Origin: Candidatus Sericytochromatia bacterium
GTDB lineage: Bacteria; Cyanobacteriota; Sericytochromatia; S15B-MN24; JAQBPE01
Assembly: GCA_035285125.1 (NCBI GenBank)
Contig: JAYKHR010000045.1
Coordinates: 110,412 to 174,411 of the forward strand
Length of the DNA: 64,000 nt
Direction: 5' to 3'
Shown: positions 17,226-25,259 of the stretch, piece after piece
Layout: every line of letters starts with the position of its first letter
Position numbering within the stretch: position 1 is the first letter of the stretch
Program-made: the position numbers and the translations under genes
Notes under the pieces: generated by a model
What the model was told of the DNA's origin: nothing
Databases searched by the model: none
Seen by the model: the letters and a program-made list of their open reading frames with translations, nothing else

Positions 17226-18602
17226 CTAGTTCGTCACCACCGCCGGCGAGTTGGAGCCACGCATCGTGTAGGTCGCCCAGAAGTACCCGCGCTCCTGGAA
17301 CACGGTGGCGAGCACGGGCTTCGTCCAGCCGGTCCCGAAGTCGTACTGGTAGCAGGGGAAGAAGGCCTGGCCGTTGGTCAGCGAGATCGGGTACTGCCTC
17401 TCGACCTCCTTGCCGACGACCCACTTCACCTTGACCTCCGCGCCCGGCTTGATCACGGCGCCGCCGAGGTCGAGGTCGGCGAAGTTGACGGGCAGGAAGG
17501 GGGCGATCTGATCGGTCGGGGTCGGGGACTGCGTCGAGTCGTTCCAGAGCGTGTAGGTCTGAAGCGGACCGTACAGGTCGCCGTAGGGCTTGCCGTCGCG
17601 CGGCAGGGGGTTGAGCCACGTCAGGCGGATTTCGGTCTCTTCCTCCCCGTCGGGCATCTGAAGCGCCCCCGCGGGGACCTCCATATACACCGTGTACAGC
17701 TCCTCGTCCGTCAGCGCGGCGAACAAGCCGAAGGCCCGCGCAGGGTCCAGCACGGAGGCGTTGGTGACGCCCGCCGCCACGGTGCCCGTCAGGGGCGTGC
17801 TGTGCGCCACGCCGCCCTGCGCGATGTTGATGCGGGTGACCTGCCGGTCGAGCCGCAGCACCTGCGTGTGGTAGGTGGCGGTCTCGTTGGGGTAGACGCC
17901 GAGGAAGTCGTCAAAGGGCACGTAGCCAGCCGCGTTCGAGCCGACGCGGATGGGGGAAGCCGGCGAGGGCTTGGCCTTGATCTGGTACCAGCCGTCAGCG
18001 TTGGTGGTGGTCTGCTGGAGCTCCGTCATCACAGGGACGTTCGCCGCGGGATTGCCCTTGTCGTCGATGATCCGTCCGACGATGGTGGCATCGCCGCCCT
18101 TCGGGAAGACCTCACCCACCTTGGGGTCGACATAGACCGAGGGGCGCGTCCAGTTGACGGCCTCGGTGAGCGGCTTGGCCGCGTTGAAGGGCAGGTTGGA
18201 GACGGGCACGTCGGTGAAGCCCGGCGCAGCCGCCGCGTTGACCACCACGGGTTGGGTCGGCGGCGCGTAGTCGGGCAGCGCACCTGCAGCTCCCGCAGCG
18301 CCTGGGGTCGTCCCGGCAGGGCCTGCCACCTGTCCGGCCGTCCCGGGCGCCGGGCCCGCGGCCGTGTCCGTCTTGCCAGGCGCCTTCAGGCCGGGGACGT
18401 CCTCAGGAGAGAGGAACTGCGGGCCACCCTTGCCCTGGTTGACGGTGCCGGTGCCGCGGGGGGCGACCCCCTGCGTCTGGTTGCCACCCAGGTTTGCCGC
18501 GGGGTTGGCGCAGCCCCAGGCCGCCACGGCAAAGGCGGCAGCGGTAAGCGTGAGGCGCCCCCGGTAGCGCGTGAGCCAGGGGTTGGTTTGGTTCGAGCTC
18601 AC
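17226..18602 (-). CDS. Lipoprotein of unknown function with a carboxypeptidase-regulatory-like beta-sandwich segment
   Basis: GTG at 18602 is preceded by GAAGGAGG; the ORF runs up to 18662. Lipobox-like AVAAWGC. ATIVGRIIDDKGNPAANVPVMTELQQTTTNADGWYQIKAKPS resembles CarboxypepD_reg. 458 aa. Confidence 0.65.
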   Translation of the reverse strand: MSSNQTNPWLTRYRGRLTLTAAAFAVAAWGCANPAANLGGNQTQGVAPRGTGTVNQGKGGPQFLSPEDVPGLKAPGKTDTAAGPAPGTAGQVAGPAGTTPGAAGAAGALPDYAPPTQPVVVNAAAAPGFTDVPVSNLPFNAAKPLTEAVNWTRPSVYVDPKVGEVFPKGGDATIVGRIIDDKGNPAANVPVMTELQQTTTNADGWYQIKAKPSPASPIRVGSNAAGYVPFDDFLGVYPNETATYHTQVLRLDRQVTRINIAQGGVAHSTPLTGTVAAGVTNASVLDPARAFGLFAALTDEELYTVYMEVPAGALQMPDGEEETEIRLTWLNPLPRDGKPYGDLYGPLQTYTLWNDSTQSPTPTDQIAPFLPVNFADLDLGGAVIKPGAEVKVKWVVGKEVERQYPISLTNGQAFFPCYQYDFGTGWTKPVLATVFQERGYFWATYTMRGSNSPAVVTN

Positions 18603-18963
18603 AAGACCCTCCTTCATCAGCACGACGGGAGCCCGATGGCCCCGCTTAACGTTTCGGTTCAATCTCCATGCCCTGTGCCCGTTCGGTGTTAACCCGTCGT
18701 GGCAGGCAAGGGGCCCGAACCGACCGATTCCGAGTTCCCGAGGGTCCGGCGCAGCAGCCTCCGCCCCCCTGTTTCAGTTATGCCCGGGCATCATCACCTG
18801 GCTGATTAATGGAAGGTTAACCAGATCGCCCGGAAGGCCGGAAGATCGGGCCCCGTCCGCACAACCGGTTAAGGTTCAGCAAAGCCTGAGTTGTGACACG
18901 CAACCCCAGCGCGGCCAGGTGGGACAACGACCGAAGCAGCCCCGCCCCCTCAGGAGTACCGCC

Positions 18964-19383
18964 ATGCCCGTTGGCGCGCCGACCCGCAAGCCGCTGCTCG
19001 GCCTGATCATGCAGCGCGAGGGATTGATCGACGAGGCCACGCTGGCGCTGGCCGTCGAGGCCTGGGAGGCCCTGCGCGGGGAGGTCGGGTACGTGCCCTT
19101 CGGCCGCGTGGTGCTGGAACTCGGGATCTGCGATGCCGAGACGCTGGGCCCCTACCTGCACCTGCAGCGCCAGCTGGCCGTCGCGCCGGGGCCGCGCAAG
19201 CCGCTCGGGCACCTGCTGATCGAGAACGCGGTGCTGACGCCCTCTCAGGTGGCGATCGCGCTGAAGCTGCAGCGGGCCACGGGCAAGCCGCTCGGCACCC
19301 TGCTGGTCGAGGAAGAGGTGCTGCGCGAGCCTCAGCTGGAGGTGCTGCTCCGCTTCCAGGCCCGTAGCGTGCAGGCCGCCTGA
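18964..19383 (+). CDS. Small stand-alone protein built from MshEN/T2SSE_N-like repeats (putative c-di-GMP receptor)
   Basis: 139 aa from ATG 18964. The upstream part of ORF 18571..19383 is junk-like. Four ~24-residue units resemble the MshEN motif: LLGLIMQREGLIDEATLALAVEAW, FGRVVLELGICDAETLGPYLHLQ, LGHLLIENAVLTPSQVAIALKLQ, LGTLLVEEEVLREPQLEVLLRFQ. Confidence 0.6.
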   Translation: MPVGAPTRKPLLGLIMQREGLIDEATLALAVEAWEALRGEVGYVPFGRVVLELGICDAETLGPYLHLQRQLAVAPGPRKPLGHLLIENAVLTPSQVAIALKLQRATGKPLGTLLVEEEVLREPQLEVLLRFQARSVQAA

Positions 19384-19478
19384 CGCCCTGAAGGCCCGCC
19401 TGGCCGCTTGCTCGCCCCCTGGGGGTTTGCTACGATAGCCCTTCTGGCGCTCATTTCGAAGCGAGAAGGCAGGCAGCC

Positions 19479-20783
19479 GTGCGATTCAAACACCTCGAGC
19501 ACCCGTCGATGGGGCTCCACGTGCTTGCCACGGACAAGTTCAAGACCAACACCGTGGTCGTGACCATGCGCCTGCCGCTCGAGCAAGGCCGCGTCACGCG
19601 GGTGGCCCTGCTGCCCTATGTCCTGACGCGCGGCACGGCGACCCACCCGAGCGTGCGGTCGATGAACGCGGCGCTCGACCAGCTGTACGGGTCATTCCTG
19701 ACGGCCGACGTGCACAAGCTCGGCGATCGACAGGTCGTGCAGTTCCGCCTCGAGCTGCCCAACGGCAAGTACATCCCGGGCCGCCCCGAGCTGCTGAGGC
19801 AGGGCCTCGCCTTACTCTACGAGGTGCTGACCCGTCCCGTGCGGGAGGCCGGTGCCCTCAAGGCGTCCTTCGTCGAGCTGGAAAAGGACGCGCTGCGGAA
19901 GCGGGTCGAGGGCATCTTCAACAACAAGGCGTCCTACGCGCGGATCCGCTGCGTCGAGGCGATGTTCCCGGGCGACGCCTACGGCCTGTTCGCCGGGGGT
20001 CGGATCGAGGACCTGCCCGCCATCGACCCGGCGGCGCTGGAGGCCGAGTACGGTCGCCTGCTGGCCGAGAGCACGATGGATGCCTTCGTGGTGGGCGACG
20101 TCGACCCCGACGCAGTGGCTGAGGAGCTGCGCCGCGTCTTCACCTTCGAGGGCCTGCGGGCGGGGCGCCCCGTGGAAGCCCCGATGGCGCCAGGCGTGCC
20201 GCTGCCACCGGTCGCGCCTGCGGTGCGCCGGATCACGGAGGCGCAGGACGTGAACCAGGGGCAGCTCGTGGTGGGGCTGCGCACGCCCGTGCGGCTCGTG
20301 GACCCGGGCTACCACGCGATGGCGGTGTACAACGGCGTGCTCGGGGCCTTCGCGCACTCCAAGCTGTTCATGACGCTGCGGGAGCAGGAGAGCCTGGCCT
20401 ACGCCACGGGCTCGCGCTACGACCCCCACCGGGGCGTGCTGTTCATCCAGGCCGGCATCGACGTGGCCAACGAGCCGCGGGCCGTCGCCGTCGTCGAGGC
20501 CGCCCTCGAGGCGATGCGGCGGGGAGAGGTCTCGGAGCAGGAGCTCGCACAGACGCGCGCCATGATGCTGCACGGCCACCACGAGGTCGAGGACAGCCCG
20601 GGCAGGCTGATCATGCAGGCCTTCGAGGCGCTGGTCGCGGGCCGGGAGCACCCGCACGAGGCGCTGGCGGCGGTGCTGCCCACCATCGGCGTCCCCGAGG
20701 TCGCGGCCGCCGCTGAGACCCTCCGGCTCGACACCGTGTACTTCCTGCGCGACGCGCAGCCCGCCCCGACGGCCGCCCCCTAG
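19479..20783 (+). CDS. M16 (pitrilysin/insulinase) family protein lacking the HxxEH zinc motif (probable non-catalytic partner)
   Basis: 434 aa, GTG start. M16-like N- and C-terminal halves (LFMTLREQESLAYATGS..., GVLFIQAGID). LLPYVLTRG occupies the position where HxxEH is expected. Confidence 0.85.
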   Translation: MRFKHLEHPSMGLHVLATDKFKTNTVVVTMRLPLEQGRVTRVALLPYVLTRGTATHPSVRSMNAALDQLYGSFLTADVHKLGDRQVVQFRLELPNGKYIPGRPELLRQGLALLYEVLTRPVREAGALKASFVELEKDALRKRVEGIFNNKASYARIRCVEAMFPGDAYGLFAGGRIEDLPAIDPAALEAEYGRLLAESTMDAFVVGDVDPDAVAEELRRVFTFEGLRAGRPVEAPMAPGVPLPPVAPAVRRITEAQDVNQGQLVVGLRTPVRLVDPGYHAMAVYNGVLGAFAHSKLFMTLREQESLAYATGSRYDPHRGVLFIQAGIDVANEPRAVAVVEAALEAMRRGEVSEQELAQTRAMMLHGHHEVEDSPGRLIMQAFEALVAGREHPHEALAAVLPTIGVPEVAAAAETLRLDTVYFLRDAQPAPTAAP

Positions 20784-20791
20784 GAGGTCCC

Positions 20792-22093
20792 GTGCAAGTC
20801 CGCACCTTCGACACCCTCAAGGAGTCCGTGTACGAGGAGACGCTGCCCAACGGGCTGGTGGTCCAGCTCGTGCCGCGGCCCGGCTACGCGAAGACCTTCG
20901 CCGTCTTCACGACCCGCTACGGGTCGGTCGACAACCACTTCCAGCGGGAGGGAGAGCCCGCCTGCCAGGTGCCCGACGGCATCGCGCACTTCCTCGAGCA
21001 CAAGCTGTTCGAAGAGGAGTGGGGGGACATCTTCCACACCTTCTCGAGCCAGGGCGCCTCCGCCAACGCCTTCACGAGCCACAACCGCACGGCCTACCTG
21101 TTCTCCGCCACCGACCAGGTCGAGACGAACCTCGAGACGCTGCTGGACTTCGTGCAGCGGCCCCACCTGACGCCCGAGAACGTGGAGAAGGAGAAGGGCA
21201 TCATCGAGCAGGAGATCCGCATGTACGACGACATGGCGTACTGGCGGGCCCACCGGCACCTGCTCGAGAACCTGTTCCACGTGAACCCGGTGCGCATCGA
21301 CATCGCAGGGACGGCCGAGTCGATCGGCCGCATCGACCGCGAGACGCTGATGGCCTGCTACGAGACGTTCTACCACCCCAGCAACATGCGGCTGTGCGTG
21401 GTGGGCGACCTCGCGCCGGACCGCGTCATGGCCCTCGTGCGGGAGAACCAGGCGCGCAAGGCCTTCCCGCCGGCCCGCCCGATCACGCGCGTCTTCCCAC
21501 CCGAGCCGCCTGAGCCCGCGCGCCGGACGCACACCGTGCGGCTCGCCGTCTCTCGGCCGATGGTGCTGCTCGGCTGGAAAGACCGGACGACGACGCCTGC
21601 GGAGGGTCACCTGCGGCGCACGCTGCTGATGGGCCTGCTGCAAGACGTGATGTTCGGCCGCTCGTCCGCGCTGTTCCAGGACCTGCTCGACCAGGGCGCC
21701 ATCGACGACATGCTCGCCTACGACTACGACCTCGGCGAGGGCTTCGGCTACTCGTACATCGGGACGGAGACGGACGACCCGGCCGCCTTCGAGCAGGCCG
21801 TGCTCGCCGCCGTCGAAGCCTTCCGCCGCGAGGGCCTGCCCGCGGACGAGTTCGAGCGGGCCGGCCACAAGCAGATCGGGGACTACCTCTACACGCTCAA
21901 CAGCCCGGAGGCCGTGGCGAACCAGGTGACGGAGGTCGCCTTCCAGCACGGCGACTACTTCGCCATCCCCGAGTTGTTGACCAGGCTCACGCGGGAGGAA
22001 GCCGAGGCGTTGCTGCGGGAGCACTTCGATCCGGCCCAGTGCGTCACCTCGATCGTGCTGCCGGGCGGCGAGGCGCCCACGCCGGAGGGCTGA
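20792..22093 (+). CDS. M16 family zinc metallopeptidase (active-site HxxEH present)
   Basis: 433 aa. AGGAGG lies upstream of GTG 20792. GIAHFLEHKLFEE carries HFLEH, encoded at 20987-21001. Downstream Glu-rich EKEKGIIEQEIRMY is typical of M16. The gene starts 8 nt after the preceding M16 gene. Confidence 0.9.
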   Translation: MQVRTFDTLKESVYEETLPNGLVVQLVPRPGYAKTFAVFTTRYGSVDNHFQREGEPACQVPDGIAHFLEHKLFEEEWGDIFHTFSSQGASANAFTSHNRTAYLFSATDQVETNLETLLDFVQRPHLTPENVEKEKGIIEQEIRMYDDMAYWRAHRHLLENLFHVNPVRIDIAGTAESIGRIDRETLMACYETFYHPSNMRLCVVGDLAPDRVMALVRENQARKAFPPARPITRVFPPEPPEPARRTHTVRLAVSRPMVLLGWKDRTTTPAEGHLRRTLLMGLLQDVMFGRSSALFQDLLDQGAIDDMLAYDYDLGEGFGYSYIGTETDDPAAFEQAVLAAVEAFRREGLPADEFERAGHKQIGDYLYTLNSPEAVANQVTEVAFQHGDYFAIPELLTRLTREEAEALLREHFDPAQCVTSIVLPGGEAPTPEG

Positions 22094-22272
22094 CAGGTGC
22101 AAAGGACGCGCTGGGCGTCCCGATGGCGGTCACCCCCCGGCCGGACGGGCGGCGGACCGTCGCCGATGCGGGCCACGGCCAGGTCCGCATGGTCCCGGCG
22201 GAGCCCCTGCCAGGAGGCTTCACGACGCCGCGGGCTCGTTTTCAGCGCGCTGGCGAGGGGTACGTTGGGGCC

Positions 22273-25203
22273 ATGGCGCGCCTCCCCCGGCTTCGGACGC
22301 TCGGCACGGCCCTGCTGGTGTTGCTGGTCGGCTGTCAGGCCGCAGGTCCAGCCAGCGGGCCGCGACCCAAGGCCGGCGCCTCGCGCCCTGGCCGGGTGCT
22401 CCCCAGCGCCGTCTCGGCCAAGGGGAGGGTGGTCGTCGTGCCCCAACGCGGCACGGCCAGCACCCTCACGGGCAAGGCGAAGCTGATCGCCCACCCGGGC
22501 GGCGCCCTGATCAGCGATCAGGGGGGGGCCCTGATCAGCGATCAGGGGGGCGGCCTGATCAGCGACCAGGGCGGCGGCGTTATCAGCAACAGCGGCGGCC
22601 GGCTGCTCGGCAACAACGGCGCGGGTCTCACGGGCCCGGCACGGCGGGTGGTGCTGCAGGCGGGCGCGGGCCTGGGCATCTACGGCCTCGCGGACGCGGA
22701 GCTGCGCCTCTTCGACGCCACGGGGCGGCTGCTCGTTGACGAAGCGGGCAAGCCCCTCGCGGCCACCACCGGCTCCGACGCGGCGTTCCGCCTCGAGGCG
22801 GTGCTGCCCCCCGGAAACCTCGTCGCCCGCATCAGGCTCTGGGACGGCGGCGAGCTCACCGCCATCGTGGCACAAGACGGGGCCCAGCAAGCGTCCCTGG
22901 AGCTCACCACGGCCTCCTCGCTCGGCGCCAGCTACGTGCTGGGGCTCGTGGCTGGCCAGCAGGCGGTCCTCGACAAGCTCCCCCGGGCCGAGAGCGACCG
23001 CCTCAACCGCGAGCTCGACGTCGTGCGCGGCTTCGCCAGGGGCGCCTTCGCGCACCAGGCCGCCACCCTCGATGCCATCACGGCCAAGCTCCGGCAGCGC
23101 GTCCCCGCCGTGGACCGCGTCGCCGAGGACATCAAGGCCCTGCTGCTCGGCCAGGCCCGGCTCGGCAGCGGCCGGCTCGCCACCGAGGTCCCGCTGGGCG
23201 GCCCCGGGGCCGTGGTCGCGACCCCCCGCGGGCTGCTCGTGACGGAGCTTCGCCCCGGTCGCGTCCGGCGGCTGGCGGCAGATGGGACGCTCGAGACCTT
23301 GGTGGACAAGGGCTTCGGCAGCTTCAAGACGAACCACCCGGGCCTGCAGGACCTCGTGGAGGCCCCCGATGGCACCCTGTACCTGACGCAGCGCAACGCC
23401 TTCCGGGTCTACCGGCTCGCGCCCGGCGCCCCTCCGGAGGCCTGGCTCGGCACGGGAGCGCAGGGCCGCGACCCGGCGGGCCCGCGCACGGCCATGCGCG
23501 TCGCGCCCCGCTCGTTGGCCCTCGGGCCCGACGGCACCTTGTGGGTGGGGGAGGAGCGCGGCGGCGGAGAGACCAAGCTCACGCCGCCCAGGCTCATCGC
23601 GGTGCGACCGGACGGGCGCACGGAGGTGTTCCAGGACCCGGCCTGGGGGCCGGGCAGCGTGACCGGGCTGGCAGCAGGCCCCGAGGGCACGGTCTGGGCG
23701 CTGCACGTCGGCACGGCGCCCGCAGCCGAGGGGTACAAGCCGGTGGGGCGCGTCAGCCGCCTCAGCGCAGGTCGCTTCGAGCCCGTCGCGCAGGGGCTGC
23801 CCGCGGGAGAGTGGGCAGACCTCGCGCTCGCCCCCGACGGCACGGTCTACGTGAGCACCGACGGCCCCGAGGGCATCAGGGTGGTGGCGGCGGACGGCAG
23901 CTGGCCCGCGCTGCCGCAGGCGGACGCCCTGCGGGCGCTGGGCCTCCGCCGCGCCAGCGGGCTCGGCGTGGGCCCGGACGGCACGCTGCACGTGACGGAC
24001 ATGGCCTCCAACCTGGTCGCCTCCCTCCCGCCGGGCGGCCTCCCGCGGCTCGTGGCAGGGACGCAGGCGCTGTTCCAGTCCGGGGAGGGCCGGGGCTTCG
24101 CGATCAACCTGCCCGGCGGGCTCGCGTTGGACGGGCAGCAGCGCCTGTTCATCTCCGAGGTGGGCAGCCACACCATCCGGGCCTTCGACGGCCACAGCCT
24201 CGTGACGGTGGCGGGCACGGTGGCCGGCCACGGCGGGGACGGAGGCCCGGCCACCGAGGCCCGCCTCGCGGGCCCCAAGGGCGTGGCCTGGGGGGCCAGC
24301 GGCCTTTGGGTGGTGGACGAGCAGAACGGCGTCCTGAGGCGCATGCGCCCGGACGGCGTGATGGAAACGGCTGCCGGGCAGGACCGCGGCGCGAAGCCGC
24401 TGGCGCCGGGCGAGAGCGTCGGGAGCGACGTCAGCACCTTCGGAGGGGGGATCGGGCTCACGCTGGGGCCCCGCGGCGAGCCCGTCTGGGCGAACGCCAA
24501 GGTGCGCCAGGTGCAGTGGCTCGACACGGCTGGTGGCACGCCGGTGGTGCGACACCTGCTCGGCGCCGCCCAGGACTTCTCGGAGGGGGCCGTGAACTCG
24601 GCCATCAGCAACCTGTTGCTCGGCCCGAGCACCCTCGAACCGGGCGACATTCGCCTCATCGTGCCCTTCGGCGTCGCCTTCGGGCCGGATGGCGCCCTGT
24701 ACGTCTCGGACAGCGGCACCATGCAGGTCTACCGCGTGCGGGGCTTCGGCACGGCCAGCCCCACGCTGGAGGTGTTCGCCGGCCTGCACGTCAGCGAGGT
24801 GCTGGGGCGCCTCGCGCAGGACCCGACGCTGCCGGACGAGGAGGGGCGCCCCGCCCGCGAGGCGATGCTCGGCGTGCCGACGGGCATCGCGTTCGATGCC
24901 GCGGGCAACGTGTACGTGTGCGAGGCCGGCACCCGCAACCTGGACGCCCTGGTGCCGCTGCTCGGGCGCGACTTCCCGATCGATCTCGGGCTGCTGCCCG
25001 TCTTGCCGACGCGCATCCGCCGCATCACGCCGGCGGGCGTCATCACCACGGTGGCCGGGCCCGGCGGGAGGCGCTTCGCGAATCCGGACGCCGAGGAGGC
25101 CCTCGTGACGCCCACGGGGCTCGCCTGGTTCCCGGACGGCCGGCTCGCCATCGCAGACTCGGGCAGCAACCTCGTGCACATCCTGCCGGCCGGGAGCTAC
25201 TGA
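22273..25203 (+). CDS. Large lipoprotein, paralog 1: octapeptide repeats, beta-sandwich, helical linker and about 12 NHL-type blades (double propeller)
   Basis: ATG 22273 gives MARLPRLRTLGTALLVLLVGCQA (lipobox); the ORF extends upstream to 22039 without protein-like sequence. 976 aa. Repeats GGALISDQ. YGLADAELRLFDATGRLLVDEAGKPL...ARIRLWDGGELTAIV sandwich. Blades such as LALGPDGTLWVGEE, LHVTDMASNLVASL, GLWVVDEQNGVLRRM, GALYVSDSGTMQVYRV, GNVYVCEAGTRNLD, GRLAIADSGSNLVHILPAGSY. Confidence 0.8.
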   Translation: MARLPRLRTLGTALLVLLVGCQAAGPASGPRPKAGASRPGRVLPSAVSAKGRVVVVPQRGTASTLTGKAKLIAHPGGALISDQGGALISDQGGGLISDQGGGVISNSGGRLLGNNGAGLTGPARRVVLQAGAGLGIYGLADAELRLFDATGRLLVDEAGKPLAATTGSDAAFRLEAVLPPGNLVARIRLWDGGELTAIVAQDGAQQASLELTTASSLGASYVLGLVAGQQAVLDKLPRAESDRLNRELDVVRGFARGAFAHQAATLDAITAKLRQRVPAVDRVAEDIKALLLGQARLGSGRLATEVPLGGPGAVVATPRGLLVTELRPGRVRRLAADGTLETLVDKGFGSFKTNHPGLQDLVEAPDGTLYLTQRNAFRVYRLAPGAPPEAWLGTGAQGRDPAGPRTAMRVAPRSLALGPDGTLWVGEERGGGETKLTPPRLIAVRPDGRTEVFQDPAWGPGSVTGLAAGPEGTVWALHVGTAPAAEGYKPVGRVSRLSAGRFEPVAQGLPAGEWADLALAPDGTVYVSTDGPEGIRVVAADGSWPALPQADALRALGLRRASGLGVGPDGTLHVTDMASNLVASLPPGGLPRLVAGTQALFQSGEGRGFAINLPGGLALDGQQRLFISEVGSHTIRAFDGHSLVTVAGTVAGHGGDGGPATEARLAGPKGVAWGASGLWVVDEQNGVLRRMRPDGVMETAAGQDRGAKPLAPGESVGSDVSTFGGGIGLTLGPRGEPVWANAKVRQVQWLDTAGGTPVVRHLLGAAQDFSEGAVNSAISNLLLGPSTLEPGDIRLIVPFGVAFGPDGALYVSDSGTMQVYRVRGFGTASPTLEVFAGLHVSEVLGRLAQDPTLPDEEGRPAREAMLGVPTGIAFDAAGNVYVCEAGTRNLDALVPLLGRDFPIDLGLLPVLPTRIRRITPAGVITTVAGPGGRRFANPDAEEALVTPTGLAWFPDGRLAIADSGSNLVHILPAGSY
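22498..22641 (+). repeat. In-frame 24-nt (octapeptide) tandem repeat, 6 units: GGALISDQ x2, GGGLISDQ, GGGVISNS, GGRLLGNN, GAGLTGPA
   Basis: Read directly in the coding frame of paralog 1. The first three units are near-identical at the DNA level. Confidence 0.9.
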
Positions 25204-25259
25204 GGGGGTGCCGGGCCGGCCGGTTCGAGGCCGCGCCGTGCGGGTACCTGATCCCCACG

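Noticed and set aside
18780-18791. Perfect 12-bp palindrome ATGCCCGGGCAT
   Set aside because: Palindromes of this length are expected many times by chance in 64 kb of biased-composition DNA. There is no second copy or positional argument.
18603-18963. The 361-bp leader or divergent region upstream of the MshEN-like gene, considered as a riboswitch (e.g. c-di-GMP class) or ncRNA
   Set aside because: I could not match it by eye to any riboswitch consensus I know. Only short features are present (GGTTAA direct repeats, small palindromes). A covariance-model scan (Rfam/Infernal) would be needed, and a significant GEMM hit would revive the idea.
19488-19502. KHLEH near the N-terminus of the first M16 protein, considered as a zinc motif
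   Set aside because: It is H-x-E-H, not the inverted zincin H-x-x-E-H, and it is not at the position where M16 enzymes carry the motif.
22498-22641. Short, regularly spaced DNA repeats considered as a possible CRISPR array (also 25488..25655 and 28386..28553)
   Set aside because: The units are 24 nt, directly abutting with no spacers. They are in frame inside a long coding sequence and translate to a conserved octapeptide. There are no cas genes.
21955-25179. 1074-aa minus-strand ORF antisense to lipoprotein paralog 1 (twin at 32690..35914)
   Set aside because: Low-complexity Arg/Gly/Ala/Glu content with no motifs. The sense frame shows clear repeat and blade structure.
23541-25259. The N-terminal 573 codons of the 1523-aa ORF 23541..28112
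   Set aside because: This part overlaps paralog 1 in another frame and is Arg/Gly/Pro junk. A lipoprotein signal peptide begins at ATG 25260, collinear with the starts of paralogs 1 and 3.
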